Origin: Octopus vulgaris
Lineage: Eukaryota
Length of the DNA stretch: 64,000 nt
Direction of reading: 5' to 3'
NCBI GenBank assembly: GCA_951406725.2
Contig: OX597827.1
Location: forward strand, 8,494,001 to 8,558,000
The stretch's first letter is position 1. Each line of letters opens with the position of its first letter. The notes under the pieces are model-generated. The model was not told where the DNA came from and did no database searches. It worked only from the letters and a program-made list of their open reading frames with translations. A program made the translations under genes and the position numbers. This document shows positions 50,781-64,000 of the stretch, piece after piece.

Positions 50781-51074
50781 GGTATACAACTGTTTAAAAC
50801 CTAGTTTTATAGAAACTTCTTTCAAAATTCCTATTTTATTTTTCACACATTAACTTGTGTAGGTTGATCTATGTGAAACAAGCCTAGCTGATTCTTACAT
50901 TACATACCAATACATACATCTAAAGTAAATTTTTCTCAGGGGCCCTTAAAATACTATTGTCGATCCCCAATTTGTTATTGTGTTGCATGGAACCCTAAAA
51001 ATTTTATACGGACCCTCACGAGTCATATGGACCCCAGTTGAGAACCACTGCCATAGAGCTTCTCCCATTGGTTT

Positions 51075-51450
51075 TATCTTTTACTTGTTTCAGTCATTAG
51101 ACGGCGACCATGCTGGGGCACCCACTTGAAGAATTTTTAGTTGAATGAATTGAATCTAGAACTTATTATTTTTGAAGCCTGACACTTATTCTATCAGTCT
51201 CTTTTCCCAAACTACTAGGATAGAGGGATGTTGTCAAGAGGTGGCAGGGGACAAAGACAGACACAAAGACACACACACACATAAATATATATATGACGGG
51301 CTTCATTCAGTTTCCAACTCCCAAATCCACTCACAAGGTTTTCATCAGTCCGAGGCTATAACAGAAGCCACTTTCTCAAAGTACCATGCAGTGGGACTGA
51401 ACCTGCAACCACATAGATGTGAAGCAAGCTTCTTATCACACAGCCATGCT
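51075..51450 (-). mobile_element. Older family A SINE
   Basis: Diverged reverse copy. Confidence 0.8.
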
Positions 51451-51843
51451 CAGATTTTCCTTTTAACAGATCAGATTAAGGAAGCCCAAAGCACCAACTT
51501 CAATCTTGAGCAACCCTTTAGAAAGAAATGTTTTGATGAGGTAACCAATAATTAAATACACACAAACATCCTGGACAGCATAGAGTAAAAAAAATCCATT
51601 TGATGTGATTGGTATAAAATCACTCACAAATGCATTCCATGGCTGCCTCCTCTTTGCATCTGAGCTCAGTATTATAATGGTCTCTGTTCCTTAGACTTAG
51701 CTGGTTTTGCACCTCCTCTCCTCAAATACTCCTGACTTACTTGCCACTCCTCCTTTATCACTACTGTAGTGTTCAGCTCTCCAGTAGAAGACGCTTGCCC
51801 AAGGTGCCACACAGTGGGACTGAACCTGGAGTTACTTACCACA

Positions 51844-51876
<33 letters not shown>

Positions 51877-51878
<2 letters not shown>

Positions 51879-52131
51879 TCATCATCATCATCGTCATCAT
51901 TTAACGTTTCTACAGCTGGATGCCCTTCCTAACACCAACCACTCCAAGAGTGTAGTGGGTGCTTTAACATGCTACCGGCACGAGGGCCAGTCAGGTGGTA
52001 CTGGCCACAACCATGCTCAAAAGATGTACTTTAGGTGCCACCTGCACAGGAGCCAGTCCAGTGGCACTGGCAATGACCACGCTTGAATGTTGTTTTTCAC
52101 AAGCCACCGGCACATGTGCCAGTAACGCGAC
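51877..52131 (-). mobile_element. Family C retroposon, internally deleted
   Basis: (CAT)n, TTTCTACAGCTGGATGCCCTTCC and degenerate tandem units. Confidence 0.78.
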
Positions 52132-53226
52132 ATGTGTGTGTGTGTGAGGGGTAGCTGAACAGTTTTAATGCACAAGACACTGGTCAAACTGGGGTTACAG
52201 TAGAAGACACATGTCAAAGGTTCCACACATTGGTATTGAACCCAAAGCCATGCAGTTGCAGGGCAAGATTCGTAACTACCCCTTGTGTGTGTGTGTGTGT
52301 ATGCATGCATGTTTGTTTGTGTGCATATGTGTGTATGTATATTATACATACATACAAACACTCATATATACGTACATTAAAACATACATAAATACATACA
52401 TAATATTTAACACACCTGCAAAGCTAAGATTTTCAGGAGAAAAATCTTGCTGTTCAACATTTACATTGTAAATGCAAACTGTAAGGTGGAACAGTAAAAT
52501 ATACAAGACTTTTCTAAAGTTTAGCAGGCAACACTTATTATTTGTTATCCAAAATTTATAAATAGACCTTTGTTTCTTTGTTAGAAATGAGTTCCTTCTT
52601 TGTCAGAAAAATTCAAATAATTGAAAAAGAAAGAAGTTAAACCATATATTTGGAAAGTGAGACAAGTACTAAATTTAAAAGCAAGAAAGACTGGAATTAT
52701 AATCATATGACCCCATGATCTTTATAATTTGAGGCCAATATATTATGATCCTTTACTGAGGAAGAAATAAATAAATAAATAAATAAACAAATAAAACATT
52801 TTTGTAACCTTAAAGCATTTGAAAGAATCAAAACGTTCAAATGTTAGTTTTTTTAACCAATTTAAACTGCATTAAATTTCTTTCTTTCCAAAAAATGTCA
52901 ATTAACCCTTCTAATTAATGAATCAATGAATTTCCTGCAATGAGCATATACAGAGAATCACACGAATGTATGTGGTATAAACATGCACATACATGCACCA
53001 ATATATATAAATACTTTGGAGAGTAATTGCATACACTTAGACATGTAAAAAGAAGCCCATTCCTGTGTGTGAGTACGTTCATATATGCATCAAGATACTC
53101 CTATATGCACACATTAATTCACACATCTGCAAATTCTTGGGAATGTCTTCACTGAGGCAAAAGATGCTTTCTCAATTTTAACTGGATTGAATTCTGAGAA
53201 CTTAAATAAACTCAAAGAAAAAGTTA

Positions 53227-53265
<39 letters not shown>

Positions 53266-53412
53266 GTGAATGTGTGTGCGTGCGTGCGTGTGCATGCACA
53301 GATATGCATGTAAGTGCTTTTGTTTGAATATGCATATATGAGTGTGTGTGTGTGTGCATGTGTGAGTATGTGTGTCTATGTGTGTCTATGTGTGTATATG
53401 TATGTATGTATG

Positions 53413-53461
<49 letters not shown>

Positions 53462-54040
53462 GTGTGTGTGTGTGTATGTATATATACATATATACTTGTA
53501 TACTTATATACATACACAAATACAAACAACACACTTATTGGTTACTGCTATATATCACATGAATCCTGGCTCAGCTAATGGTAGTTAATAAGTAAGAATT
53601 ATAAGAATCTTTCTTCTTTCATACATATTGTTATTGACACCATGTCTGGCAGCAAATCCATTTAGAACAGGGTAAAAATACTAACCAGCTTTTTAAACAA
53701 TAAAAAAAAGCAATGTTAAAACAACATGAAAAATATATGAATTATTCTCATGAAATAAAAATATAATTTGGTGAAGAAGCCTTTAAGTAAAAGCTTTTAA
53801 AGATTAAAAAAAAGTACTATTGTTTTTTAAAATACGCTATGAAAGCTAACACTGTCACTTTGTACATTTTTTATTGCATTTCTTTTTGCTTGCTTTTTTT
53901 TTTTATAGATATGTCTATATTTTGGCAAAAAAAAAAACCTCAAAAAAATTTTAATTCCTTGAACTGAAAGCATATATTCACAAATATACTCATAAATATA
54001 CAAACCCATACAGACACATATACACCAATATTTATAAACA

Positions 54041-54153
<113 letters not shown>

Positions 54154-54980
54154 TACCCATTGTGTGAGCACACAGATTTTAAGTTCTGTAACCTGTTTAT
54201 GTTGATGCCATGAGGTGTGATTTAGGTTGTTTGTTTAAAAAATACTTGAATTCTGTCTAGAGAGATCACTAAGATTTTCAATTACACCTTGGATATTCTT
54301 CAGCCTCTTAAATAAATTTGAAGAATCATTGAAGAAGGCAAACTTAGTGGTAGGCTTTTTTCTTTTAATTTCTGCCAATGTTGTATTGGTTCCAAATATT
54401 TTTCAGCAGGGTGCTGAATTCAATATATTTAACTATTCAACCAATTTTATTTACTTTTATACATTTATTTGTTTATTATTTTTTTTTTTTTTTTGAGGGA
54501 TGGTGGGGAAGGACTTAGTGCTGAAAAAAAATAAATAATTTCTTTTATATTTTTGTGATGAAGTTTGCTTAAGTATCAATCATGCTGTTATTATTGATGT
54601 AAAAAAAAAATGTATGTGAAACACACGACATACATTCTAGCTAACATCACTTATGTCAATACCATTAATACTCCAGAAACAGGGAAATAACATAAGCAAA
54701 TTATATGAAGAATCCGTGAAAAAGCAAGCAAAGATTTGCGTGCATAGCAAATACAACTCCCCTGGAGTCTTGTGAACTAGCAGAGCCAAATAATCCGTAA
54801 TGAAGAAATCCTCACAAAAGTTTTAACGTGATTATAAAAGGGTCACATAGTAGAAAATCTCGTGAAATAGAAGATTATATCACAAATTCTGCTAATTTTT
54901 TTTTTACCATTTTCTTTTCTGTTCAAAACAGAAGTATGATTTCTCATACTGCTATATTAAATAATTAATTTAATACCTAC

Positions 54981-55037
<57 letters not shown>

Positions 55038-56035
55038 TGTATGTAAATATGTATGTATACATATATGTATATATACACACACATACACACATATATATTA
55101 GATCAGAATAATTAATAAATTATATTATGCATGTGTATATGCTTATATGCATGTCCCCATTTAGATTGTAAGACATAACACACTTGAATACACATTATAA
55201 ACATGCAAATCCATATGTAAATGTTCATACATACAAATGTATATGTATGTAAGCAAGCTTGTATGTATGATGTATGTATATATATTTGCATATACATGTA
55301 TGTATGTGAATATATATATATATATATACACATACATACATATATGTATGTATGTGCATGCATATACATATACATATATGTGTGTATATATATATATACG
55401 TACAAGAGAATATGCATCATTACATACCCTAATCTACAAAAATGAATATTGAATATGAAATTACAATTATACCAGTAAGAAAATATATTATGCATAAAGT
55501 ATTCTGATTCACCTTTGATAACACGTTTTTTTTTAAGGTAAAAATTTCCTCAGCAAATATTCAATGAATGTAGAACTTACAGCCCCCCAAAAATATATAT
55601 ACCTATATATCAGTATTATCAGTATATGCGCGTAAGTACACACACTAACGTGTGTAAATGCATGAATACATGCACACACACATAAATATATAAAAGACAA
55701 AAGCTAATTCCCCATTCTTCAATCACAAACTACCATATTGCTTAATTAGTTCCACATCTCTGAATCTATGGAACAATTCTTTAAAAAAAAAATACCAACA
55801 ACAACAACATGCAACGTTCAGCTTTAGTTATATGGCAGGGTTGTAACCACACCAGAAGAACAAACTGGAAATTATTCAAGAGTGACAACATCATTTGGTA
55901 GAAAACAATAAAAAAAAACGTATGACTAAGTTCTACCAAAAAAAAAAAAAGAAAAAGTAATATGCTCATTTTCTCCAAAGACCAATCAGTAGAAGAGAAA
56001 AATATTGTCAAGGAATGTGCAAACTGATTCAAGAT

Positions 56036-56111
56036 ATGCACCACGTTTCATTTTTGCTTTTAACTTCTTTGATAACCTTCATCACCTCCGAAGGAAAATC
56101 GAACAAACTCT
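56036..56111 (+). CDS. Candidate first coding exon encoding a signal peptide (secreted or membrane protein, identity unknown)
   Basis: ATG with G at -3. MHHVSFLLLTSLITFITSEGKSNKL has a hydrophobic core and a small-residue S-E-G cleavage pattern, followed by a phase-1 donor T|GTAAGA. Unique sequence. No homology evidence. Confidence 0.4.
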
Positions 56112-56929
56112 GTAAGAAGCTGTTTGTTTTCTTTCTCAGTTTCATCATTTGATTATACGCTTAATTAGACTTTTGGAAGGTAATTAATCTGCCAATTAAT
56201 CTACTCTGATAAAAAACCTAAGCTAGTTATAACATTAATTAATTTTTTAACACCATCTATTTTATTTAATTATATTATTTTATTTTATTATATATTCATT
56301 TATATCTTTATATTTTTATATATTTTTATATATTTATTCATTTAATCATTTATTTATTGTAATGTTTCTGGAAGAAAATCAGGGCAAATTAGATTTTGGA
56401 GTGTAAAGATACTTCATGAGACTTCTAACAGTATTATCTTCGATAATATGTTCTCTATAATATTGTACTTAATTACATATTAAATCAATGACTCCCAAGC
56501 TAAAACCATGACCTGCATACATCAAGCATTCCAGTGAAAGAAATACACATCAATAAAGTATTATTACATTTGGCAAAGTTTGGTCAATAATATTATATCC
56601 AGTTAACAAGATAAGGCTGCTTGTTGGTTAAATTTCTATTATGATCTCATGGTAATATTATGCAAAGTCATCATCAGAACTGTAACTACATAATTGTAAG
56701 TTACATATGTATACATCTGTACTGTGACTTTATACACTAAAGTTTCAGTATAATTTCCTGATAACTGAAGAAAGAGAATATTAGAAAAATAAAATATTGG
56801 AAAATCAAAAACAGCTTGATAAACTTAATATATGGAAATTTTAAACATGTGATATCTCTAAGAAAATGCTAAAATTAATCCATAAAAATGATAAAATAGT
56901 TTAAAAGTCTGTGAAGTATAGATCTGTTT

Positions 56930-57240
<311 letters not shown>

Positions 57241-57432
57241 ATACACTCATATATATACACTCACACATATATATATGTGTATGTTTACACACACAAACAC
57301 ATACACACACGAGAGAGAGAGAGAGAGAGAACAGTAAAGGAGTCTAATGATTGTTTGCTAATGTGTATTATACTTATTGCAACTATTTAGTCTGTGGAAC
57401 TATGTACTAATTGTATTTAGTGGCTGAGTATT

Positions 57433-57467
<35 letters not shown>

Positions 57468-59118
57468 CACACATATATATACATATGTACACTTTCAATA
57501 TAATTCTCAGAAAATATTAACATGCATAGTTTCTTACAAAGCTGGCCCTTTTGATTACAGGCACAGCCCTCCCTGCAACATCCGTCCACACTGTGTCCAT
57601 CAACCCAATTTATCTATACATGTTACAAGGTATAACACTGAGTCAGATAAAGTGCATATTATGTTTAGTTCCCCATTATTATGTATTATTTTCTAATTAA
57701 CTAAACTTCAATCTATTAGATAAAAGTGATAGGTTACCAATATAACTAGATTCACGCAAGTCATATCTTCAACATGTAATGGAAAATAAATTATTAACCT
57801 TGGCTTCACCTTAGATCAGTGATAAAATGAATTATTTGAGATTTAGATTGCTTATGGCTCTCTTACAATAATCATATTTCTATCAAATTGCAATTACTTA
57901 GATAAGAGCTACAGAATGTGCATTTGGAAGTGTGTTAACTAGAGGTGCTCACTAAATTAATATATCCATAAAAGAATTCAATCATTTGTTAATATTAATT
58001 CTAGAAGTAGAAGTATTTTAATTTCTTTTCTCATTACTTAAGTATGATAACATGCTTTGGTGGTAAGTGGGTGACAGATAGCTGGGCAACAGGCAACTAG
58101 ATGGCAGTGTGTATAACCAGAAATCAGTGATATTGGCCAACAAACAGCCAAAGTGACTGGAACACTAGAATTTAGTTTGTGAGGAGTGTAAGTGTTGTTT
58201 GTTGTTGGGTCAGCAGTGATCAAGCAAAACTGAAAAATGTTCCAGTGAAGGTCAATTCTCATTTTACACATAAAGAGTATTTTGGCAAAATAAAAATATA
58301 AAAAAAATATTAAAAAATTTTTTAAATAGGATGGTTATTGTACAAATGTCTTTTATAAAGGGCTGCATCAATCACAGTTGACTAGAGTTTGAACAACTGC
58401 AACAATTATTCAGACCTGAAGCAGACCTTGAGTAGATAGAGAATGTCATTGATGAGATCACAAATATTAAGTGAAAGGACTTTGACAAACCAAACTAAGT
58501 GATTCATTGACCGAATGATTAATCAAATAATCAATTAGCTAATTGGTTAAACGTTAACAAATTGACTTATAGAATCAATGCATGTGTTTATTACTAGTGA
58601 AATGACCCTCCGGAGATACAACAAAATCTGTTTCAACATATGAGATCACATCAAGAATCTTGCAAACCAAATACAAAAAGCAAAACAATAATACCTTTCC
58701 TTGAATTAATTCTCAGTGTTTCGGTCATTTAGGCTGTTAGCTGGTCCTTCTAATTGCTTAGTTCTCTGTTTGTCTAGTTACCCTATTACCTAGTAGTCTG
58801 TAGTCCAATTATTCTGTCAGGTAGTTGACCTTAAATTGATTACAGGCATTTCCACAATCCTATATTGCCTAAAAATTACATAAAAAGAAGTATTCAGTCA
58901 CCACTTAACTGACCGTCATTCATAAGAAGCAAAAAGATGCAACTACGCCTTTATTTCTCAACTGTTTATGTCCAATGCCATTCTTAGATTTTCCAAAATA
59001 AATGTTGGGCACCTTATCATAAACAGACAAAATTATTATTTACCATAGATGTGTCTGTTTGTGAGTGGATCTGCTAGACAGAAACTTAAAGATAACCATC
59101 ATATATATATATACATAC

Positions 59119-59165
<47 letters not shown>

Positions 59166-59182
59166 AATATATATACATATAT

Positions 59183-59215
<33 letters not shown>

Positions 59216-59297
59216 ATATATATATACATACATAAATATATACATATATATACACATATATATATATATGTGTGTGTATATATGAATATATATATAA

Positions 59298-59329
<32 letters not shown>

Positions 59330-59793
59330 CATGTTTGCCCCTCACCACCACCACCACCACTTGACTATTGGTGTTACTGCACTTACATCCCTGTAGCTTA
59401 GCAATTCAGCCAAAAGGACTGATAAAATTGGTACCAGGCTTAAGAAAATAAGTACTGGATTCGATTTGCTGGGGTAAAATTCTTCAAGGCAGTGTCCCAA
59501 CATTGCCACAATGTAAATGATTGAAACAAGTAAAAGATAAAAAATATGTATATATATATATGTATATATTTAAAAGAAATTTTATTCACTTCTAACTTAC
59601 TTACATCCTATTCGAAAATAATTCATGCTGCATCAAAATATTGAATTGCCCCTACAGTGTGTGCCCCATCTTAAAAAAACACTACCCTCTGCTGAAAAAG
59701 CATCCAAATCCTGAGAACATACTCAGTGTCTACAAATAAAGACACATTCGCTAATATAGTCCCAGATATATTATGATGCAAAATGAAATGCTA

Positions 59794-60059
59794 ACCAATG
59801 TCGCCTTACTGGCACCTGTGCTGGTGGCATGCGTAAAAAGATTCGAGCGAGGTCATTGCCAGTACTGCCTGACTGGCCCCCATGCCAGTGGCACGTAAAA
59901 AGCGCACCCACTACACTCTCAGAGTGGTTGGCGTTAGGAAGGACATCCAGCTGCAGAACCTCTGCCAGATCAAGATTGGGGCCTGGTGCAACCATGTGGT
60001 TCGCCAGCCCTCAGTCAAAATCGTCCAACCCATGCTAGCATGGAAAGTGGACATTAAAC

Positions 60060-60103
<44 letters not shown>
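59794..60103 (+). mobile_element. Family C retroposon
   Basis: Homologous to 43676-43978, with a (GAT)n tail. Confidence 0.85.
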
Positions 60104-60925
60104 CAAAATATATGGTGTAGCCAAGGCTGAAATGGTTACTCTTGAGTTTGGAACAATTGCTCTGTTATATCAGATTTGGTCTAAGCCTCCACAACAACAG
60201 AAACTTAACTGACATTCTTCAACTACTTGATAACTGCCAGCCAACTTGCTCTATCGTAGTTAAATGTAGAACAAATAACCTTAAAATTTCATTTGTTTGT
60301 CTATTTAAGTTAATCTCGATAGAAGATCTGTTTAAATGTCACTAAAAGTAATGACTAAAATTTTCTTTCGATATCTGCCAATGAAATTTAATGCAAAGAT
60401 AGATAAATATATAGATCTTGTCTATTCTTTAAAATAGATTAAAAAGAAACAACAGGAAAAACTCCAATTAATCTTAGAATGGTCACCAAGGCAACATCTA
60501 TAAGCTAGTAAAGGTATGTAGCCGGAATATAATTGATGGCACATAATGAAACAATATAATCTTTATAGATACACACACACACACGTATGTACATATGTAT
60601 GTATGCGTGTATGTATGCATGTATGTATGCATCTACGTATGTATGTGTGTATGTATGTATGCATGTATGTGTGTGTATGTGTATGTATGTGAGTGTATAT
60701 ATGTATGTATATATAAGTATATATATGTATACATATATATATGAATATATGTGTATGTGAGTATATATATATATACTATATATATATTGTGTATATATTC
60801 ATATGAATAATATATTGCACACACTCACACATATATATATATATTCATATGAATATATATATGTACACCTTTACATATTACAACACACACAAATATGCAA
60901 GCCTGTATAAGTGTTTGTGTTTGTA

Positions 60926-61003
<78 letters not shown>

Positions 61004-61388
61004 TATGCATGTGTGTATGAGTGTATTTAGAAAGCACTGTAAAAGTAGCTCAGAAGTAAATTTAGAAAACTGATATTTAAAAATATGAAAATGATGGTAG
61101 TTATAGTGTTTCTAAGAAATAAGTTTCTCTCTCAGCCAACATTTATGTTTCCATTGACAAAAATGTTTCTGTCTTGGCTAACATTTATGAGCATTCAATG
61201 TTACAGCACCACTTTTATCAAACAGAAGAATTTTCCCATATAAAGCTTTTTCTGTAGATCTTGATAGTCGTCCATCCCATTAAATATATCATGGTGGTGA
61301 TGACGATGGTGGTGGTGGTGGTGGTGGTGGTGGTGGTGGTGGTGGTGATGGTGACAGTGGCTGTGGATTGCTGTTGTTGTTGTAGTGG

Positions 61389-61433
<45 letters not shown>

Positions 61434-61690
61434 CTGTAATGATTCATTTTCTTGGTACAAGACCTTCAAAGTTTCGGGGAAACAACATTGATACAAACCT
61501 AGGCATATGTGTGTGTGTATATATATAATGTGTGTTGTGTGTATACATACATGCATACATACCTTCATATATATGTACATATATAAATATGTAAATATCT
61601 ATATTTTTATATATGTGTGTATACATACGGATATACATATCTATTTATCTATCCATCTATCTATCTATCTATCCTTCTATCCATCTATCC

Positions 61691-61732
<42 letters not shown>

Positions 61733-61737
61733 ATATC

Positions 61738-61775
<38 letters not shown>

Positions 61776-61795
61776 TATATGTATATATATATATA

Positions 61796-61995
61796 TGACC
61801 GCATGTGTATTGTTGGTGGTTTTCTTTCGCTGTCTCCCCTTCTTTGGATTATATTTCTATATTTCTGATGAAGAGCTCTGCTCGAAACATGAAATCCTCT
61901 TTCTTTTCTTTCCTTTCCTGAGCATCCAATAATACTGTACTTATTCCACATCCTCACGTTGTTGTTTTTTCTGGCTTGCTCATGTTTGGATTAAG
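61796..61995 (+). mobile_element. Family H1 hammerhead-bearing element in (TA)n
   Basis: Homologous to 23438-23653, with TA runs on both sides. Confidence 0.7.
61861..61895 (+). ncRNA. Minimal type I hammerhead ribozyme motif
   Basis: ATTT CTGATGA A GAGC tct GCTC GAAACATG AAAT. The core is canonical but stem III and the cleavage triplet are mutated in this copy. Confidence 0.65.
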
Positions 61996-62000
61996 TATAA

Positions 62001-62055
<55 letters not shown>

Positions 62056-62243
62056 TATATGTCTGTGTAAATGTGTGTGTGTGTGTATGTGTACTCTATA
62101 GACAGAAAAAAGGAGCCAACACTATAGGCATATTTTTACCCAATTTTCTAAAGCTATTCTCATGGCTGTTCTCCTGCATTGAAAATTTTCTAAAATTTCT
62201 AAAAGTATGCCAACTCACTTGACACTTAATACTTGCTTGTATA

Positions 62244-62953
62244 TCTTTTATGTTTCAGCCATTTGACTATGGCCATGATGGAGCACCACCCTGAAGAGCC
62301 TTTACTTGAATAAATCGACCCCAGTACTTATTTCTTTTAGATTTTAAGCCTGGTACTTATTCTACCGGTCACTTTTTGCCAGACTGCTTAGTTACAGGGA
62401 TGTAAACAAACCAATACCAGTTGCAAAGCAGTGGTGGGGACAAACACAGACACAAGTACACATACACGCACACATACACACACACACATTCACACAGATA
62501 TGTGTAGCCACTATATCTTTTTGTATTTCCTCTCCATTTATTTCTGTGTTCCTTTCTGTCGAAGAGCAAAGGCTCGAAACATAAAAGACTTTCTCACTTC
62601 CCGAGCATTAAACTAAAACATCTGTTTGTTCTTTACACACTTGTCTTCATCTTTTATTTTTTTGTAAATTCTCACTATATATATATATCATTTGCTAAAT
62701 TTTCTTGAGAACATTCCCTTCTTAGGGGTAAGACCATAGCGTATCTATTTCTAGCATAATGAATGTCTACGTAGTGGTCATCCCTCTTATATGTATGTAA
62801 TATATATATATATATGATGAGCTTCTTTCAGTTTCCATCTACCAAATCCACTCACAAGGCTTTATAATTGACCCAAGGCTGTAGTAGGAGACACTTATTC
62901 AAGGTGTCATGCAGTGGGACTGAACCCGGAACCATGTGGTTGGGAAGCAAGCC
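62244..62953 (-). mobile_element. Family A SINE interrupted at its central microsatellite
   Basis: Tail part 62244-62490 and head part 62815-62953 flank inserted sequence. Confidence 0.8.
62502..62676 (+). mobile_element. Family H2 hammerhead-like element
   Basis: Homologous to 42011-42201. Motif CTTT CTGTCGA A GAGC aaag GCTC GAAACATA AAAG at 62552-62587. Confidence 0.7.
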
Positions 62954-63037
62954 TATAGGGTATAGAAGTGTTGAGGCTCTTTTTTGTAACGAATAGAGCC
63001 AGCTTGTGATAGAACCAGACTGAAGAAGTTAAGGTCA

Positions 63038-63434
63038 TCTTTATATATAAAAGAGAGGTTGTGTGTCTGTCTCCTACGATTTAGATTCCTAACTACTCCC
63101 ACATTTTGCGGTGCAGTTTAACCAAAACCGGGCATCTTATAGTCGTGATTCATATCGAGCCCTTCTGGGTATTAGTGTGCATCTACGATGAGTCTAAGAT
63201 TTTTAAAAAATTTACCATAATTTTTTCCCATTTTTAATGCATTTTTTTGCTATTATATAAGGGAAGTAACTCTCTAAAAATTTATTATTAAATCTAAGAA
63301 CGTAAAAAGCTACAGTAAGACCCCCCCCCTTTGTGGTTAACCATATTGAGATGGCTATTATACTTTACATCTCTAAAAATGCTTATATAGTTATTTCCCT
63401 TACAAGCCCGAGCAACGCCGGGTGATACTGCTAG
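63038..63434 (+). mobile_element. Non-autonomous Helitron
   Basis: A|TC start, subterminal hairpin CCCGAGCAACGCCGGG, CTAG|T end. Homologous to 7315-7706. Confidence 0.87.
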
Positions 63435-63554
63435 TATATAATAAGAATGCTAGACTTTTGTGAAAGAACCAAATTGAAGAAACAGTGAGGTCAGATAATA
63501 AGAATGCTGGTTTTCACAGATGAGGCGATGCAAATTCAAGACATTTGCTTATCA

Positions 63555-64000
63555 TGGTATGGTGATGACGATGGTGGTAGTAATAGTGATTGTGGTAGTG
63601 TGGGGTAGTGGTGGTGGTCGATAGTGGTAGAGAGGGATAGTGGTGGTGGTGGTGGGGGATAGTGGTGGGGTGGGATAGTGGTGGTGGTGCGGTGGATAAT
63701 AGTAGTGGTAGCAGTGGTGGTGATGGTGGTGGATAATAGTAGTGGTAGCAGTGGTGGTGATGGTGGTGGCAGTGGCCATGGTGGTGGTGTTGGTGGGTGG
63801 TGGTGGTGGTGTGGGATAGTGGTGGGTTGGGATACTGGTGGTGGTGGGGTGGATAATAGTAGTGGTGGCAGTGGTGGTGGTGGTGGTGGTGGTGGTGGCG
63901 GCGGTGGTGGTGGTGGTGGTGACAGTGGTAGTGGTGGTGGTGGTGGTGGTGATGATGACGATAACAAAGAAATAACAACAACGACGACGACGATGATGAT
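63555..64000. repeat. (GTG/GTA)n low-complexity tract
   Basis: Direct inspection. Confidence 0.93.

Larger units (their letters stand above)
50184..51050. mobile_element. hAT (Charlie-type) MITE with two nested insertions
   Basis: TIRs CAGGGGGTTCTCAAC / GTTGAGAACCACTG. 8 bp TSD CTGTAGAG / CCATAGAG with central TA. Confidence 0.8.

Overview
AT-rich, repeat-saturated eukaryotic genomic DNA. The SINE repertoire and microsatellite load look like an octopus (coleoid cephalopod) intronic or intergenic region; this assignment is from recall and not a database result. Nearly all ORFs in the track are microsatellite or SINE read-throughs. Supported content: an 18S rRNA pseudogene fragment; at least four SINE-like families (family A about 400 bp with a central microsatellite; family B about 230 bp with a Meta-like domain; family C ending in (GAT)n; family D CORE-like); decayed Tc1/mariner copies; MITEs (mariner, hAT, GG-TIR, possibly piggyBac-type); two non-autonomous Helitrons; CR1-, Tx1- and RTE-like LINE fragments; and one candidate signal-peptide exon at 56036-56111. 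Two signals stand out. (1) Family B SINEs form head-to-tail arrays of an about 184 bp unit with the same junction at three independent loci, with hints of self-targeted growth. (2) Six hammerhead-ribozyme motifs occur in short elements, mostly sitting in (TA)n, and four of them show stem I covariation.
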